From Betaproteobacteria bacterium (GTDB taxonomy: Bacteria > Pseudomonadota > Gammaproteobacteria > Burkholderiales > Burkholderiaceae_C), in contig JANMMD010000146.1 of NCBI GenBank assembly GCA_031372905.1, positions 5,326 through 69,325 on the forward strand: a DNA stretch of 64,000 nt, in the 5' to 3' direction. Shown one piece after another: positions 45,368 through 54,537 of the stretch. The position numbers were made by a program, and so were the translations under genes. Each line of letters begins with the position of its first letter. The stretch's first letter is position 1. The notes below the pieces were generated by a model. It worked only from the letters and a program-made list of their open reading frames with translations, did not search any database and was not told the origin of the DNA.

Positions 45368-46881
45368 CAGAAGAGTTCGCCCTGCGGGCTGGGTGCGGGT
45401 GCGGGTTTCACGCGCGGTGCGGTGCCAGCGCGGCCACTGCGCTTCATGCCCGTGGCCGGCAAACCGCTCTTGCGCGAGCCGTGTTTGTGCTGCACGGCGT
45501 CGGCTTCGGCGCGCGCCTGCGGCGTGGCGCGCAGGGCGTACAAGCGGTCCTTGATGGCCTTCAGCGCTGCACGCTCTTCGACGATGGGTGCTGGGTAATC
45601 CGGCGTGCCGTACTCGGGCACCCAGCGGCGCACGAAAGCGCCGTCGGGGTCGTGGTCACGCGCCTGTTTGGCGGGCGAATAGATGCGCAGCGTGTTGATG
45701 CCGGTGGTGCCGCTTTGCATCTGCATCTGGCTCCAGTGGATGCCGGGCTCGAAATCGAGAAACTGTCGCGCCAGAAAGAGCCCCGGCTCACGCCAGTGCT
45801 GCCCCAGGTGGTAGGCGGAAAAGCTCACCAGCATGGCGCGCATGCGGAAGTTCAGCCAACCCGTGGCCACCAGGCTGCGCATGCAGGCGTCGACCATCGG
45901 GTAACCCGTGCGGCCGGCGCACCAGGCCGCAAAGCGCTCGGCGTCGATGGCGGTGTCGTTCACGCCATCACCGGGCCGCAAACCGTCGAAGACCCGCGCG
46001 AAATTGCGAAACTCGATTTGCGGCTCGTCTTCCAGCTTCTGCATGAAGTGGCAATGCCAGCGCAGCCGCCCGGCAAAACCGCGCAAGGCGTGGGCCAGGG
46101 CGCGGTCGGGTGTGCCAGCGATGGTGGCTTCGGTGGCCTGGTGCACCTGCCGCATGGACACCATGCCGTGGGCGAGGTAAGCGCTGAGCCGGCTGCAGCC
46201 GGTTTCTGCGCTCAGCGGGCTGCTGAGCGCGCGCCGGTAGTCACGCCCGCGGCCGGCCAGAAAGTCTTGCAGCGTGGCCAGCGCCGCGGCTTCACCCGCG
46301 CGCGGCAGGGCCTGCGCGGGCGCGGGCACCTGCAGGGACGCGAGCGTGGGCAGATCGGGCAGGTCGGCAACGGGCCACACGGCAGCGCCGCGAAATCTCT
46401 CGGGCGCCGGCAGCGGCGGCGCATCCATGCGCTGCGCCCAGCGCCCGGCCCAGCCCTGGCGGCTGCGCAGGCGCCGCACCACGCCGGTCTGCGGCAACTC
46501 CTGCCACACCACCCCTTGCGCACGGCACCCTTGCGCCACCGCGATGTCGCGCGCGTAGCTCCAAGCGGTGCCGGTTTCTTCGTGGCTCAGCAGGTGTTCA
46601 AACGGCCACTCCGCGCGCAGCTGCTGCAGCACCGCCGGCACCTCGCCCACACGCACCAGCAGCGGCAGGCCACGCAGCGCCAGATCACTCCGCAATTCGG
46701 CCAGGCCATCCAACGTAAATTGCAGATGGCTGGCGTTGAATTCCGGGCTGGCCAGCCACGCTGGCTCGATGACGAACAAGGCTGCCGCCGCGCCCGCCGC
46801 CTGCGCGGCATGCAGCGGCGCGTGGTCGCGCAGGCGCAGATCGCGTTTCAGCCAGACGAGGGCGGTGTGCATGCGCGGCAT
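45367..46881 (-). CDS. cryptochrome/photolyase-family protein with canonical domain order (probable CPD photolyase)
   Basis: 504-aa ORF. N-terminal alpha/beta-domain motif ALVWLKRDLRLRDHAPL. FAD-domain motifs TGYPMVDACMRSLVATGWLNFRMRAMLVSF and DFEPGIHWSQMQMQSGTTG are present. Confidence 0.85.
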   Translation of the reverse strand: MPRMHTALVWLKRDLRLRDHAPLHAAQAAGAAAALFVIEPAWLASPEFNASHLQFTLDGLAELRSDLALRGLPLLVRVGEVPAVLQQLRAEWPFEHLLSHEETGTAWSYARDIAVAQGCRAQGVVWQELPQTGVVRRLRSRQGWAGRWAQRMDAPPLPAPERFRGAAVWPVADLPDLPTLASLQVPAPAQALPRAGEAAALATLQDFLAGRGRDYRRALSSPLSAETGCSRLSAYLAHGMVSMRQVHQATEATIAGTPDRALAHALRGFAGRLRWHCHFMQKLEDEPQIEFRNFARVFDGLRPGDGVNDTAIDAERFAAWCAGRTGYPMVDACMRSLVATGWLNFRMRAMLVSFSAYHLGQHWREPGLFLARQFLDFEPGIHWSQMQMQSGTTGINTLRIYSPAKQARDHDPDGAFVRRWVPEYGTPDYPAPIVEERAALKAIKDRLYALRATPQARAEADAVQHKHGSRKSGLPATGMKRSGRAGTAPRVKPAPAPSPQGELF

Positions 46882-46925
46882 TCTGGGTGCGCGCCGCGCA
46901 GTCTGCCGGCGTGCACGGCCTTGCC

Positions 46926-47774
46926 CTACCAGGCCAGCGGGTCGGTGCGGTAGAGGCGCGCAAATTCGGCGTACAGCGCCGGGTGGGCCGAGGCCAATGC
47001 CGCCGGCTGCTCGAAGAAGTGTTCGCTGACGACGGCGAAGAACTCGGCCGGGTTGGTGGCCGCATAGGGGTGAATGACGCCATCAAAACCCTGGTTCAGG
47101 CGCTGGCGCAAGGCGTCGAATTCACGCTGCATCACCGCCGCCCAGCGCGCGTAGCCTTCGCGCCGGCCCAGCCACGGCGCACCGTTCGCGCGGCCGCGCT
47201 CCTGGTCGAGCTGGTGCGCAAATTCATGGATGACGACGTTGTGGCCATCCTCGGGGTGGGCGGCGCCGGCCAGCACATCGTCCCAGCTCAACAGCACCTG
47301 GCCTTGCTGCCAAGACTCCCCCGACAGCGCACGCCGTGTTTCGTGGGTCAGGCCGCCTTCACCGGGCTCGGCACGCTCGACGATGAAGGCGCCGGGGTAG
47401 ACGAGGACCTGGCGCAGGTTCTCGAAATAGCCGGCACCGCGGTTCAGCAACAACAAGGCGGCCTGTGCGGCAATCAGCACCCGCACTTCGTCGTTGACGG
47501 TGAATCCGGCACAGCCGATGAAGGGCTTCTCGGCCACCAGCACCTGCACATGCCTTTTCACCTGCAACTGCAGATCGGCCGGCAGGCGCGCGAAGGCGGG
47601 CATGCGGCGGCGCAGGATGTCGCGCCAGGCCGCCGGAAAGGGCTGGCGCCGCAAACGCTCACGCCGCCACCCCGCCCAGGCTGCCGGGCCCAGCAGCCAG
47701 CCCAGCACGGACAGCCCCAGCAGGGCAAAAAGCAGGGGCGGCCACAGGGCAGTCAGGGAACTCACCCACGCCAT
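46926..47774 (-). CDS. M90-family zinc metallopeptidase (MtfA-like) with N-terminal TM helix
   Basis: 282-aa ORF. HEFAHQLD zinc motif and conserved NPAEFFAVVSEHFF. Confidence 0.85.
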   Translation of the reverse strand: MAWVSSLTALWPPLLFALLGLSVLGWLLGPAAWAGWRRERLRRQPFPAAWRDILRRRMPAFARLPADLQLQVKRHVQVLVAEKPFIGCAGFTVNDEVRVLIAAQAALLLLNRGAGYFENLRQVLVYPGAFIVERAEPGEGGLTHETRRALSGESWQQGQVLLSWDDVLAGAAHPEDGHNVVIHEFAHQLDQERGRANGAPWLGRREGYARWAAVMQREFDALRQRLNQGFDGVIHPYAATNPAEFFAVVSEHFFEQPAALASAHPALYAEFARLYRTDPLAW

Positions 47775-47795
47775 CTGGCGCGGCCCGAGGGAGTT

Positions 47796-48335
47796 TCAAG
47801 CCCCCGATGTGCCGCGAACCGGTGGCGGGTGCACGAAGCACAGCGACGGACCGCCGAGAAATTCCACAGGGCCGCGATTCACCGCGCCCAAGGTTTCGGC
47901 CAGCTTGATCGAACGCGTGTTCCCTGCACGCACGAGGCTGACGAGTTCGCCCACGCCCAGCGCATCGCGGCCGAAGCTGCGCGCAGCCAATGCCGCTTCT
48001 TTGGCATAACCCTGGCCCCAGGCGTCGCGCGCCAGCAGCCACGAGAGTTCATTGCCCGGCCAGCCTTCCGGATGCAGGAAGCCCACCCGACCGATGAGCC
48101 GGCGCTCGGCACGCAGCTCCACCGCCCAGCTGCCATAACCCAGCAGCGCCCATTGGCCGAGGAACATGGCGAGCTGGCGCCACACCACATCGCGCCCGAC
48201 CACACCGCCGCTGCCGATATGGCGCATCACTTCTTCATCGGCGCACATCGCCGCATAGGCGTCGAGGTCGGCCAGCGTGAAGGCTCGCAGGCGCAGGCGC
48301 GGTGTGCTCAGCGTGGGGATGGTGCTCATGCGCAT
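47796..48335 (-). CDS. GNAT family N-acetyltransferase (RimJ/RimL-like)
   Basis: TPRLRLRAFTLADLDAYAAM ... WGQGYAKEAALA are typical of the family. The start is ATG 48335 or 48329, and the latter forms an ATGA overlap with the OsmC stop. Confidence 0.8.
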   Translation of the reverse strand: MRMSTIPTLSTPRLRLRAFTLADLDAYAAMCADEEVMRHIGSGGVVGRDVVWRQLAMFLGQWALLGYGSWAVELRAERRLIGRVGFLHPEGWPGNELSWLLARDAWGQGYAKEAALAARSFGRDALGVGELVSLVRAGNTRSIKLAETLGAVNRGPVEFLGGPSLCFVHPPPVRGTSGA

Positions 48336-48793
48336 GGCTCCACACGCACCTCGGTCTTCACCGAGTTCGCGATGAAACATTGCTCATGCGCTTCGTGATG
48401 CATCGCAGCCAGCGCTTCGGCATCGGGCGGGGTGCCGGCAAATCGCACGCGCGGGCGCAGCGTCACCACTGTCATGGCGGCCCTGCGCTGCGCATCTCGT
48501 GCCATCACGCCAAGGGCATCGTCTTCGTAGGCGTCCACCACATGGCCACGGCCGGCGGCGATGCTCAGGAACCAAAGCATGTGGCAGCTGGACAGCGAAG
48601 CGACGAACAACTCTTCCGGGTCCACCGCGCTGGCGTCGGAATGCGGCAGCGGCACCACGTGCGGTGACGACGAGCCGTGCAGCACTGCACCGCCGTCGAA
48701 GCGCAGGGTGTGACGGCGGCTGTAGCGCTGGTCGGTGAAGGCTTCGCCTTCCTGGCGCTGCCATTGCAGCTGGGCGGTGTGGTGGTGGGCCAT
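48326..48793 (-). CDS. OsmC family peroxiredoxin-like protein
   Basis: 155-aa ORF with the two conserved Cys contexts (LSSCHMLWF and HEQCFIANS). Confidence 0.85.
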   Translation of the reverse strand: MAHHHTAQLQWQRQEGEAFTDQRYSRRHTLRFDGGAVLHGSSSPHVVPLPHSDASAVDPEELFVASLSSCHMLWFLSIAAGRGHVVDAYEDDALGVMARDAQRRAAMTVVTLRPRVRFAGTPPDAEALAAMHHEAHEQCFIANSVKTEVRVEPCA

Positions 48794-48855
48794 GCGGGTG
48801 ATCGGTGGAATATCGCTCAGGTGCAGATGCTGCCACGCCGCCTAAGATGCTGGTC

Positions 48856-49512
48856 ATGATCACACTGCACTACTTCCCCGGCAACGCCAGCTTCGCGCCG
48901 CATGTGCTGTTGCGCGAAATCGGCGTGCCTTTCCAGCTGCAGCTGGTGGACCGCACGCAGGGCGCGCACAAGAGCCCGGCCTACCTGCAACTCAACCCGA
49001 ACGGTTTGATCCCGGTGCTGGTGGATGGCGAGCTCGTGCTCTACGAAACCGCTGCCGTGCTGCTGCATCTCGCCGATACCCACCCCGCGTCGGACCAGAC
49101 CCGCCTGGCCCCGGCGCTCGGCACCGCAGAGCGCGCGCATTACTACAAGTGGATGCTGTGGCTCAGCAACACGGTGCAGGCCACCTTGATCCACTACTTC
49201 TACCCGGACCGTCTGGTGGCCGAGGGCAACACCGAAGGTGCTGCGCAGGTGAAGGCTGCGGCCGAGGCCAAGGTGGCCGGCTGCCTGGCGCAGATCGATG
49301 CACAACTTGAAGCCGGCGGCCCCTGGTTGCTGGGCGGCACCTTCAGCGCGGTGGACCCGCTGGCCTTCATGCTGTGCCGATGGACGCGCGGCTTTGCCAG
49401 CAAGCCAGCGCGCGACCATGCGCACATCGGTCCGTATCTGCAGCGCATGCTGGCCCGGCCCTCCGTGGTGGCGGCCATCGCCGAAGAAAAGCTGCCGCCG
49501 CCCTTGGTGTAG
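48856..49512 (+). CDS. glutathione S-transferase
   Basis: The track ORF was trimmed to ATG 48856 (MITLHYFPGNASFAPHVLLREIG ... LNPNGLIPVLVDGELVLYETAA), which has thioredoxin-like N-domain motifs. Confidence 0.85.
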   Translation: MITLHYFPGNASFAPHVLLREIGVPFQLQLVDRTQGAHKSPAYLQLNPNGLIPVLVDGELVLYETAAVLLHLADTHPASDQTRLAPALGTAERAHYYKWMLWLSNTVQATLIHYFYPDRLVAEGNTEGAAQVKAAAEAKVAGCLAQIDAQLEAGGPWLLGGTFSAVDPLAFMLCRWTRGFASKPARDHAHIGPYLQRMLARPSVVAAIAEEKLPPPLV

Positions 49513-49581
49513 GCCTTGAAGCAAGGGCGGGCGGCAAGAGCCCCCGTCAGGCAACGAACGCCATGGGCTTGGGGGCTTCAT

Positions 49582-50934
49582 TCACGCGCGAGCCTCCTCG
49601 GGCAGTGCCAGCTTCTCCATCCAGTGGCGCGTCAGCGGCGTGATGGGCTTGGCCATGCAGCGTTCATGGATCAAGGCATGGCCGAGCTTGCGCCGGCTGC
49701 CCAGGGCGGCGGCGCCGAGCAGGGTCTGGTCGATGAGGTCGCGCTGTGCGTGGCTGCCCCCCATGCGCTGCGCGCCGCTGCGCACGGGGTAGATCAGATC
49801 GGCCGCAGCATCGGCGTCGCCGCGTGCATAGGCCAGCAGGCCGCGCATCAGCGGCAGGCCCACTTCACGCGCCATCAAGTGGTTGCTGCGGCGCGCGTCT
49901 TCGGCGCCCAGCGCCCTTTCGGCGCAGCGCGCCACCCAGGCCTCGGCGCAGTGCATCTCGCCGGCAGCCAGCATCACCAGCACGGCATGCACATCGTTGA
50001 AGGCATAGTCGCCAGCGTGTTTGGTGTCCAGCGCCCAGCCTTGCAGCACGGCCGCGGCATGGGCACTGACGTCTTCGCCCAGCAGATGCAGCCGCCACAG
50101 CAGTGCGGCGGCATCCACACGCTGCAGAGTGACCTGCAGGGCGTCGCCACTGAGGTGGGCGTCGATCAGGCGCAGCACGCCCTTCACGTCCAGCGCCTCC
50201 AGGCGGAAGAGGCTCTTGTGCCACCACAAGTGGCAGGAAAACCCGTTCCCCTCGGCCCACTGCGCCTGGTGTTGGCGCAGCCAGGCCGAACCCTCTTCGA
50301 AGCGGCCCTGCATTTCCATCACATGGGCCACGGCATGCACGGCCCAGGGCACCCGCGGGTCGGCAGCCAGCGCACGGCGGCCGGCTTCTTCGGCCTGCGG
50401 GTAGAGATTGTTTTCTTCCAGGCCGAAGGCGTGCAGCGCCAGCACATGGGCGTAGAGCGGGTCGGCCTCGTCCCAGGCCGGCAGCACGCGTGCCGGACGC
50501 GCACGCAGGCCGATGGCGTCGCCGCGGTAGAAATCCCACAGCTGCACCCACTGCAGCGCCAGCGCGTCCTGCGGGTGCTCGATCAACAACTCGTCCCAGA
50601 CGCGACAAGCGGCATGCCAGCGCCCTTCCAGCACCGCTTGCACGGCTTGCAGATGCGCGCGTTCACGCGCGGTGGCGTTGCGGGCCAGCGCACGGGCTTG
50701 CGCGAGGTGTTTCTCGGCCTCAGGCAGCAGGCCAGGCTCGGTGAGGCACAGCAAAAAGCCGGCCTTCATCACATGCGGGAACGACCAGCCGGGATCGGCG
50801 GCGATGGCCACGTCCAGGTCGGCCAGCGGCACGTCGTAGAAAGACATCATCCGCCACAGCGCCTGCTCGGCAGCCGCCAGCGCTGGCCTGCAGCTGCTGC
50901 TGCAGGGGTTGCCGCGCACGTCGGGGTGAGACAT
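49582..50934 (-). CDS. TTC38-like tetratricopeptide repeat protein
   Basis: 450-aa ORF. The overall pattern (PHVMKAGFLL ... GRFEEG ... WWHKSLF) matches my recollection of the TTC38 family. Confidence 0.6.
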   Translation of the reverse strand: MSHPDVRGNPCSSSCRPALAAAEQALWRMMSFYDVPLADLDVAIAADPGWSFPHVMKAGFLLCLTEPGLLPEAEKHLAQARALARNATARERAHLQAVQAVLEGRWHAACRVWDELLIEHPQDALALQWVQLWDFYRGDAIGLRARPARVLPAWDEADPLYAHVLALHAFGLEENNLYPQAEEAGRRALAADPRVPWAVHAVAHVMEMQGRFEEGSAWLRQHQAQWAEGNGFSCHLWWHKSLFRLEALDVKGVLRLIDAHLSGDALQVTLQRVDAAALLWRLHLLGEDVSAHAAAVLQGWALDTKHAGDYAFNDVHAVLVMLAAGEMHCAEAWVARCAERALGAEDARRSNHLMAREVGLPLMRGLLAYARGDADAAADLIYPVRSGAQRMGGSHAQRDLIDQTLLGAAALGSRRKLGHALIHERCMAKPITPLTRHWMEKLALPEEARA

Positions 50935-50992
50935 GGCGCGAATGTAGCGCGGTGGCGTGACAGCGAATTCGGCGCGGCAGCGCAGAGCGGCT

Positions 50993-51466
50993 TCAGCGCC
51001 TGGCCATGAACTTCGCCAGGTTCTGCGCCGCCGTGGCGCGCACCTTGTGGCGCAACAGCGGCGTCCAGCCCAGCAGCCAGCCGGTCAGGCCCAGCGCCTG
51101 GCGCGACCAGGCCCAGAAATCGAAGCGGTCGCGGTGGCGCGTGATGAGACCGGTGGCGCCGAACTCGAACGCGGCATCGATGCGGTTCAACACGGGGCGG
51201 CCCGTGGCCGAGAAGAGGTAATGCGCATCCCAATGCGCGCTGCACTCGGTGATGTCGCTGACCTGCAGCTGCCAGTGCGCGCGGCTCTCGGGCTTCGATG
51301 CCGTGGCGGTGCACAACATGCGCCACATGCCGCCTATCTGCTCGGCGCCCTGCAACGAGAAGGCCTCGTCGTCGAAGCGTGCGTCGGCCGCATAACAGCG
51401 CTGCATGGTCTCGGCGTCCAGCGCGGCGAAGGCGGCGTAGAAGCGTTCAATGGTGGCGCGGCTCAT
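50993..51466 (-). CDS. NTF2-like / SnoaL-like domain protein
   Basis: The track ORF was trimmed to ATG 51466 (MSRATIERFYAAFAALDAETMQRCYAADARFDDEAF), a typical SnoaL-like N-terminus. Confidence 0.7.
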   Translation of the reverse strand: MSRATIERFYAAFAALDAETMQRCYAADARFDDEAFSLQGAEQIGGMWRMLCTATASKPESRAHWQLQVSDITECSAHWDAHYLFSATGRPVLNRIDAAFEFGATGLITRHRDRFDFWAWSRQALGLTGWLLGWTPLLRHKVRATAAQNLAKFMARR

Positions 51467-51534
51467 GCATGCTCCCCGGCGTCGTTGCGGCGCGCTGTTG
51501 CGGTGCGTCGTTGCGGCTGATTGTGGCGCCGCGC

Positions 51535-52323
51535 TCAACGCCCTGCAGCTGCCAGCAAGCGCTGCGTGTAGGCGTGCCGCGGCGCGTGGACGATCTGCTC
51601 CACCGGCCCTTGTTCGACGATGCGGCCTTCGTGCAGCACCAGCACGTCATCGCAGACATGGTCCACCACCGCGAGATCGTGGCTGATGAAGAGATAACTC
51701 ATGCCATGGCGCTGCTGCAGGTCCTGCATCAGGTTAAGCACCTGGGCCTGCACGCTGAGATCGAGGGCGCTGACGGGCTCGTCGGCCACGATGAGCGCGG
51801 GCCGCGTGATCAGCGCACGGGCGATGGCAATGCGCTGGCGCTGGCCGCCGCTGAACTGGTGCGGGTACTTGTGCAGGTCGCTGCTGGCCAGGCCCACCTC
51901 CGCCATGGCTTCGAGTGCGCGCTCGCGCTGTTCTGCGGCCGTGGCGCGTTGCAGCACGGCCAGCGGTTCCGCCACGGTCTGCAGCACGCTGCGGCGCGGG
52001 TCCAGCGAGCCATACGGGTCTTGAAACACCATCTGGAACTTCGCGCGCGCCGCGCGCAGCGCGGCAGCTGGCAGGCGGTGCAGGTCTTCGCCATCCAAGC
52101 GCACAGTGCCGGTATCAGGCATTTCCAGCGCCATCACCAAGCGTGCCAGCGTGCTCTTGCCCGAGCCCGACTCACCCACCACCCCCAGGCTGCGCCCGGC
52201 CTGCAGCATGAAGCTGACACCGGCCAGGGCCTGAACCCGGTGCACGGGCATGAAGGGGTGGGGGCGCGGCAGGCGGTAGCTGCGCGCCAGGTTTTCAACG
52301 ACGAGCAAAGGCGCGGCGTTCAT
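51535..52323 (-). CDS. ABC transporter ATP-binding protein (DppF/OppF-like)
   Basis: Walker A GESGSGKST, signature FSGGQRQR, Walker B LIVADEP. Confidence 0.9.
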   Translation of the reverse strand: MNAAPLLVVENLARSYRLPRPHPFMPVHRVQALAGVSFMLQAGRSLGVVGESGSGKSTLARLVMALEMPDTGTVRLDGEDLHRLPAAALRAARAKFQMVFQDPYGSLDPRRSVLQTVAEPLAVLQRATAAEQRERALEAMAEVGLASSDLHKYPHQFSGGQRQRIAIARALITRPALIVADEPVSALDLSVQAQVLNLMQDLQQRHGMSYLFISHDLAVVDHVCDDVLVLHEGRIVEQGPVEQIVHAPRHAYTQRLLAAAGR

Positions 52324-52327
52324 CGGC

Positions 52328-53311
52328 TCATGCGTTCACACGCAGGCACGCGGCGGTGTGGCCGGGGCCCACGGGCAGCGCCGGCGGCACCTCAGCGCGG
52401 CAGGCATCCAGCACCAGCGTGCAGCGCTCGGCGAAAGCGCACCCCGCCGGCATCTCCGCCACGACCGGCAGTGTCGGCACACGCCCGGGTATGGTGGGCA
52501 GCGTCTGCACATGCCCGCTGGACCGCCCCAAGCCCAGCCGGGGTCGCGCCGCCAGCAGCCCGCGTGTGTAGGGGTGCGCCGGCTGCGCCAAGACCTGGGC
52601 TGTCACGCCTTGTTCGACGAAGCGCCCGGCGTACATCACACACAGGCGCTGCACGCTGCTGGCCATCAGTCCGACATCGTGGCTGATCAGCAGCAGCGCC
52701 ATGCCGTCTTCTCGCACCAGCTGCGCGATGAGCTGCAGCACTTCGCGCTGCAACGTGGCGTCCAGCGCCGTGGTCGGCTCATCGGCCACCAGCAGGTCCG
52801 GCCCGCAGGCCAGGGCGATGGCGATCACCACTCGCTGGCGCTGGCCCCCACTGAGCTGGTGCGGGTACGCATCCAGGCGCTGCGCGGCCTGCGGCAGCTG
52901 CACGCGGTCGAGCAGACGCAGCGCCTGCGCGCGCGCGGCCGCGGCCGACAGACCGAGGTGCAGGCGCAAGGGCTCGGCCACCTGGCGCGCAATGGTGTGC
53001 AGCGGGTTCAGCGCCGTCATGGGCTCTTGAAACACCATCGCAATACGGCGGCCACGCAAACGGCACAGCGCAGGCTCGTCAAGGGTGGTGAGTTCCTGAC
53101 CATCAAAGTGCATGGTGCCCTGCACACGGGCGCCGTCGGGCAGCAGGCCCATCAGTGCCAGCGCGGTGAGGCTCTTGCCGCAGCCGGATTCCCCGATCAG
53201 CCCCAGCGTCTGTCCGCGCTCCAGCGAGAAGCTCAGTCCGCGCAGCGCCTGCACCGGCCCGCGTTCGCTGGGCAGCGACAGCTGCAGATCACGAACCTCA
53301 ATCAGTGCCAT
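52328..53311 (-). CDS. ABC transporter ATP-binding protein (DppD/OppD-like)
   Basis: The track ORF was trimmed to ATG 53311 (MALIEVRDLQLSL). Walker A GESGCGKS, signature LSGGQRQR, Walker B LLVADEP, and the HPYTRGLL oligopeptide-type C-terminal motif are present. Confidence 0.9.
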   Translation of the reverse strand: MALIEVRDLQLSLPSERGPVQALRGLSFSLERGQTLGLIGESGCGKSLTALALMGLLPDGARVQGTMHFDGQELTTLDEPALCRLRGRRIAMVFQEPMTALNPLHTIARQVAEPLRLHLGLSAAAARAQALRLLDRVQLPQAAQRLDAYPHQLSGGQRQRVVIAIALACGPDLLVADEPTTALDATLQREVLQLIAQLVREDGMALLLISHDVGLMASSVQRLCVMYAGRFVEQGVTAQVLAQPAHPYTRGLLAARPRLGLGRSSGHVQTLPTIPGRVPTLPVVAEMPAGCAFAERCTLVLDACRAEVPPALPVGPGHTAACLRVNA

Positions 53312-53843
53312 CGGCGTTTCGGCACGCGGCCAGAAGGTCGAGGTAGGCACCGGCGAGGCGTTCGGCCGGGTTTGCTGGGTCTGCCAGGCCCAGCTGCGCC
53401 ATCAGCGCTTCGGCGATGGCCTGCCCGTCGGCATCGCTCTGGCCGTCTTGCAGCACCACTTCGAGCTCCATGAAATCGCCCAGGCCCGCCACGCGGTCGA
53501 TGTGGATGCGGGCGCTACCCACCAAGCACAACCAGCGCTGTTTCTGCACCCGGCCCTGCAGACCGTTCGCGCGCACCAGGGCCTCGCGCAGCAAGCCGGG
53601 TTCCGACACCGGCACGCGCACGTAGTCGCTGGCCTTGGCCTCGGTGCTGTCGGCGCGGTGGTAGTGGATGAGTTCGGCGCTGCCGTCGGCAAACTCGCGC
53701 AGTTTCAGGCGCCCCTGCGGCACGTGGAAGAAGCTGTCGTCCTGCACGATCAGCAGCGCCGGCGCGCCGGCCAGGGCCTCGGCGCGCGGGCGCAGCATTT
53801 CCACGCTGCCGATGCGCGCCTTGATCTCGATGTTGCGCGGCAT
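53298..53843 (-). CDS. CYTH domain protein (class IV adenylate cyclase CyaB / triphosphate tunnel metalloenzyme)
   Basis: 181-aa ORF starting MPRNIEIKARI (the ExExK signature). The length and the motif RIHIDRVAGLGDFMELEV fit CyaB-type CYTH proteins. Its 3' end overlaps the downstream ATPase start by 14 nt. Confidence 0.8.
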   Translation of the reverse strand: MPRNIEIKARIGSVEMLRPRAEALAGAPALLIVQDDSFFHVPQGRLKLREFADGSAELIHYHRADSTEAKASDYVRVPVSEPGLLREALVRANGLQGRVQKQRWLCLVGSARIHIDRVAGLGDFMELEVVLQDGQSDADGQAIAEALMAQLGLADPANPAERLAGAYLDLLAACRNADGTD

Positions 53844-53849
53844 GCCGGT

Positions 53850-54533
53850 TCAGGCCTGGCCAGGGTGGGTGCTCGCCATGCGGGTGGCAATCTGCCGCAA
53901 CGCTTGCTCGAAGACCTCCGGGGGCTGCCCGCCTGAAATGAGGTGCTGGCGGTTGATGACGATGGCCGGTACCGAACGGATGCCGGCCTGCTGCCATTCG
54001 TGCTCGGCGGCGCGCACGTCGTCGGCATACAGGCCGCGCTGCAAAACATCCGCGGCCACCGCCTCGTCCAGGCCCACGCGGCCAGCCAGATCCAGCAGCA
54101 CCTCGCGAGCGCCCGGATTGCGGCCCTCGCCGTGGTACGCCTGCAGCAGCGCATGTTTCAACGCGCGCTGCGCGCCTGCGGGCTGGCCGGGCTCGGCCGC
54201 CCAATGCAGCAGGCGGTGGGCGTCGAAGGTGTTCCACACGCGCACACGATCACCGAAAGTGAAGCCCACTGCTGCACCGCGTTCGCGGATGACGGCGCGG
54301 TTGTGCGCGAGTTGCTCGTCGCCCATGCCGTACTTGGCCTTCAGGTAGGCGGCAGCGTCAGCGCCCTCGGGGGCCATGTCGGGGTTGAGCTCGAAGGGCT
54401 GGAAGTGCAGCTCCACCTGCAGCTCGGGCGTCAAACGTTGCAGTGCGGTTTCGAGCGCGTTCAAGCCCACGGCGCACCAAGGGCAGGCCACGTCGGAGAC
54501 GAAATCGATCTGGAGCTTGGCGGCGTGGTTCAT
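53850..54533 (-). CDS. DsbA-family (FrnE-like) thiol:disulfide oxidoreductase, cytoplasmic
   Basis: 227-aa ORF with no signal peptide. Active site DVACPWCAVG (CPWC). The C-terminal motif VPAIVINRQHLISGGQP is typical of the family. Confidence 0.85.
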   Translation of the reverse strand: MNHAAKLQIDFVSDVACPWCAVGLNALETALQRLTPELQVELHFQPFELNPDMAPEGADAAAYLKAKYGMGDEQLAHNRAVIRERGAAVGFTFGDRVRVWNTFDAHRLLHWAAEPGQPAGAQRALKHALLQAYHGEGRNPGAREVLLDLAGRVGLDEAVAADVLQRGLYADDVRAAEHEWQQAGIRSVPAIVINRQHLISGGQPPEVFEQALRQIATRMASTHPGQA

Positions 54534-54537
54534 GGGT

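Noticed and set aside
48794-48855. Search for ECF/sigma-E-type (TGATC ... TAAGA) or sigma-54 promoter elements in the OsmC/GST divergent spacer that might explain light or oxidative-stress control of the photolyase cluster.
   Set aside because: TGATCG and TAAGA are present on the plus strand but 38 nt apart, and a TGGCAG...GCAC element on the minus strand has the wrong spacing. No defensible promoter call is possible.
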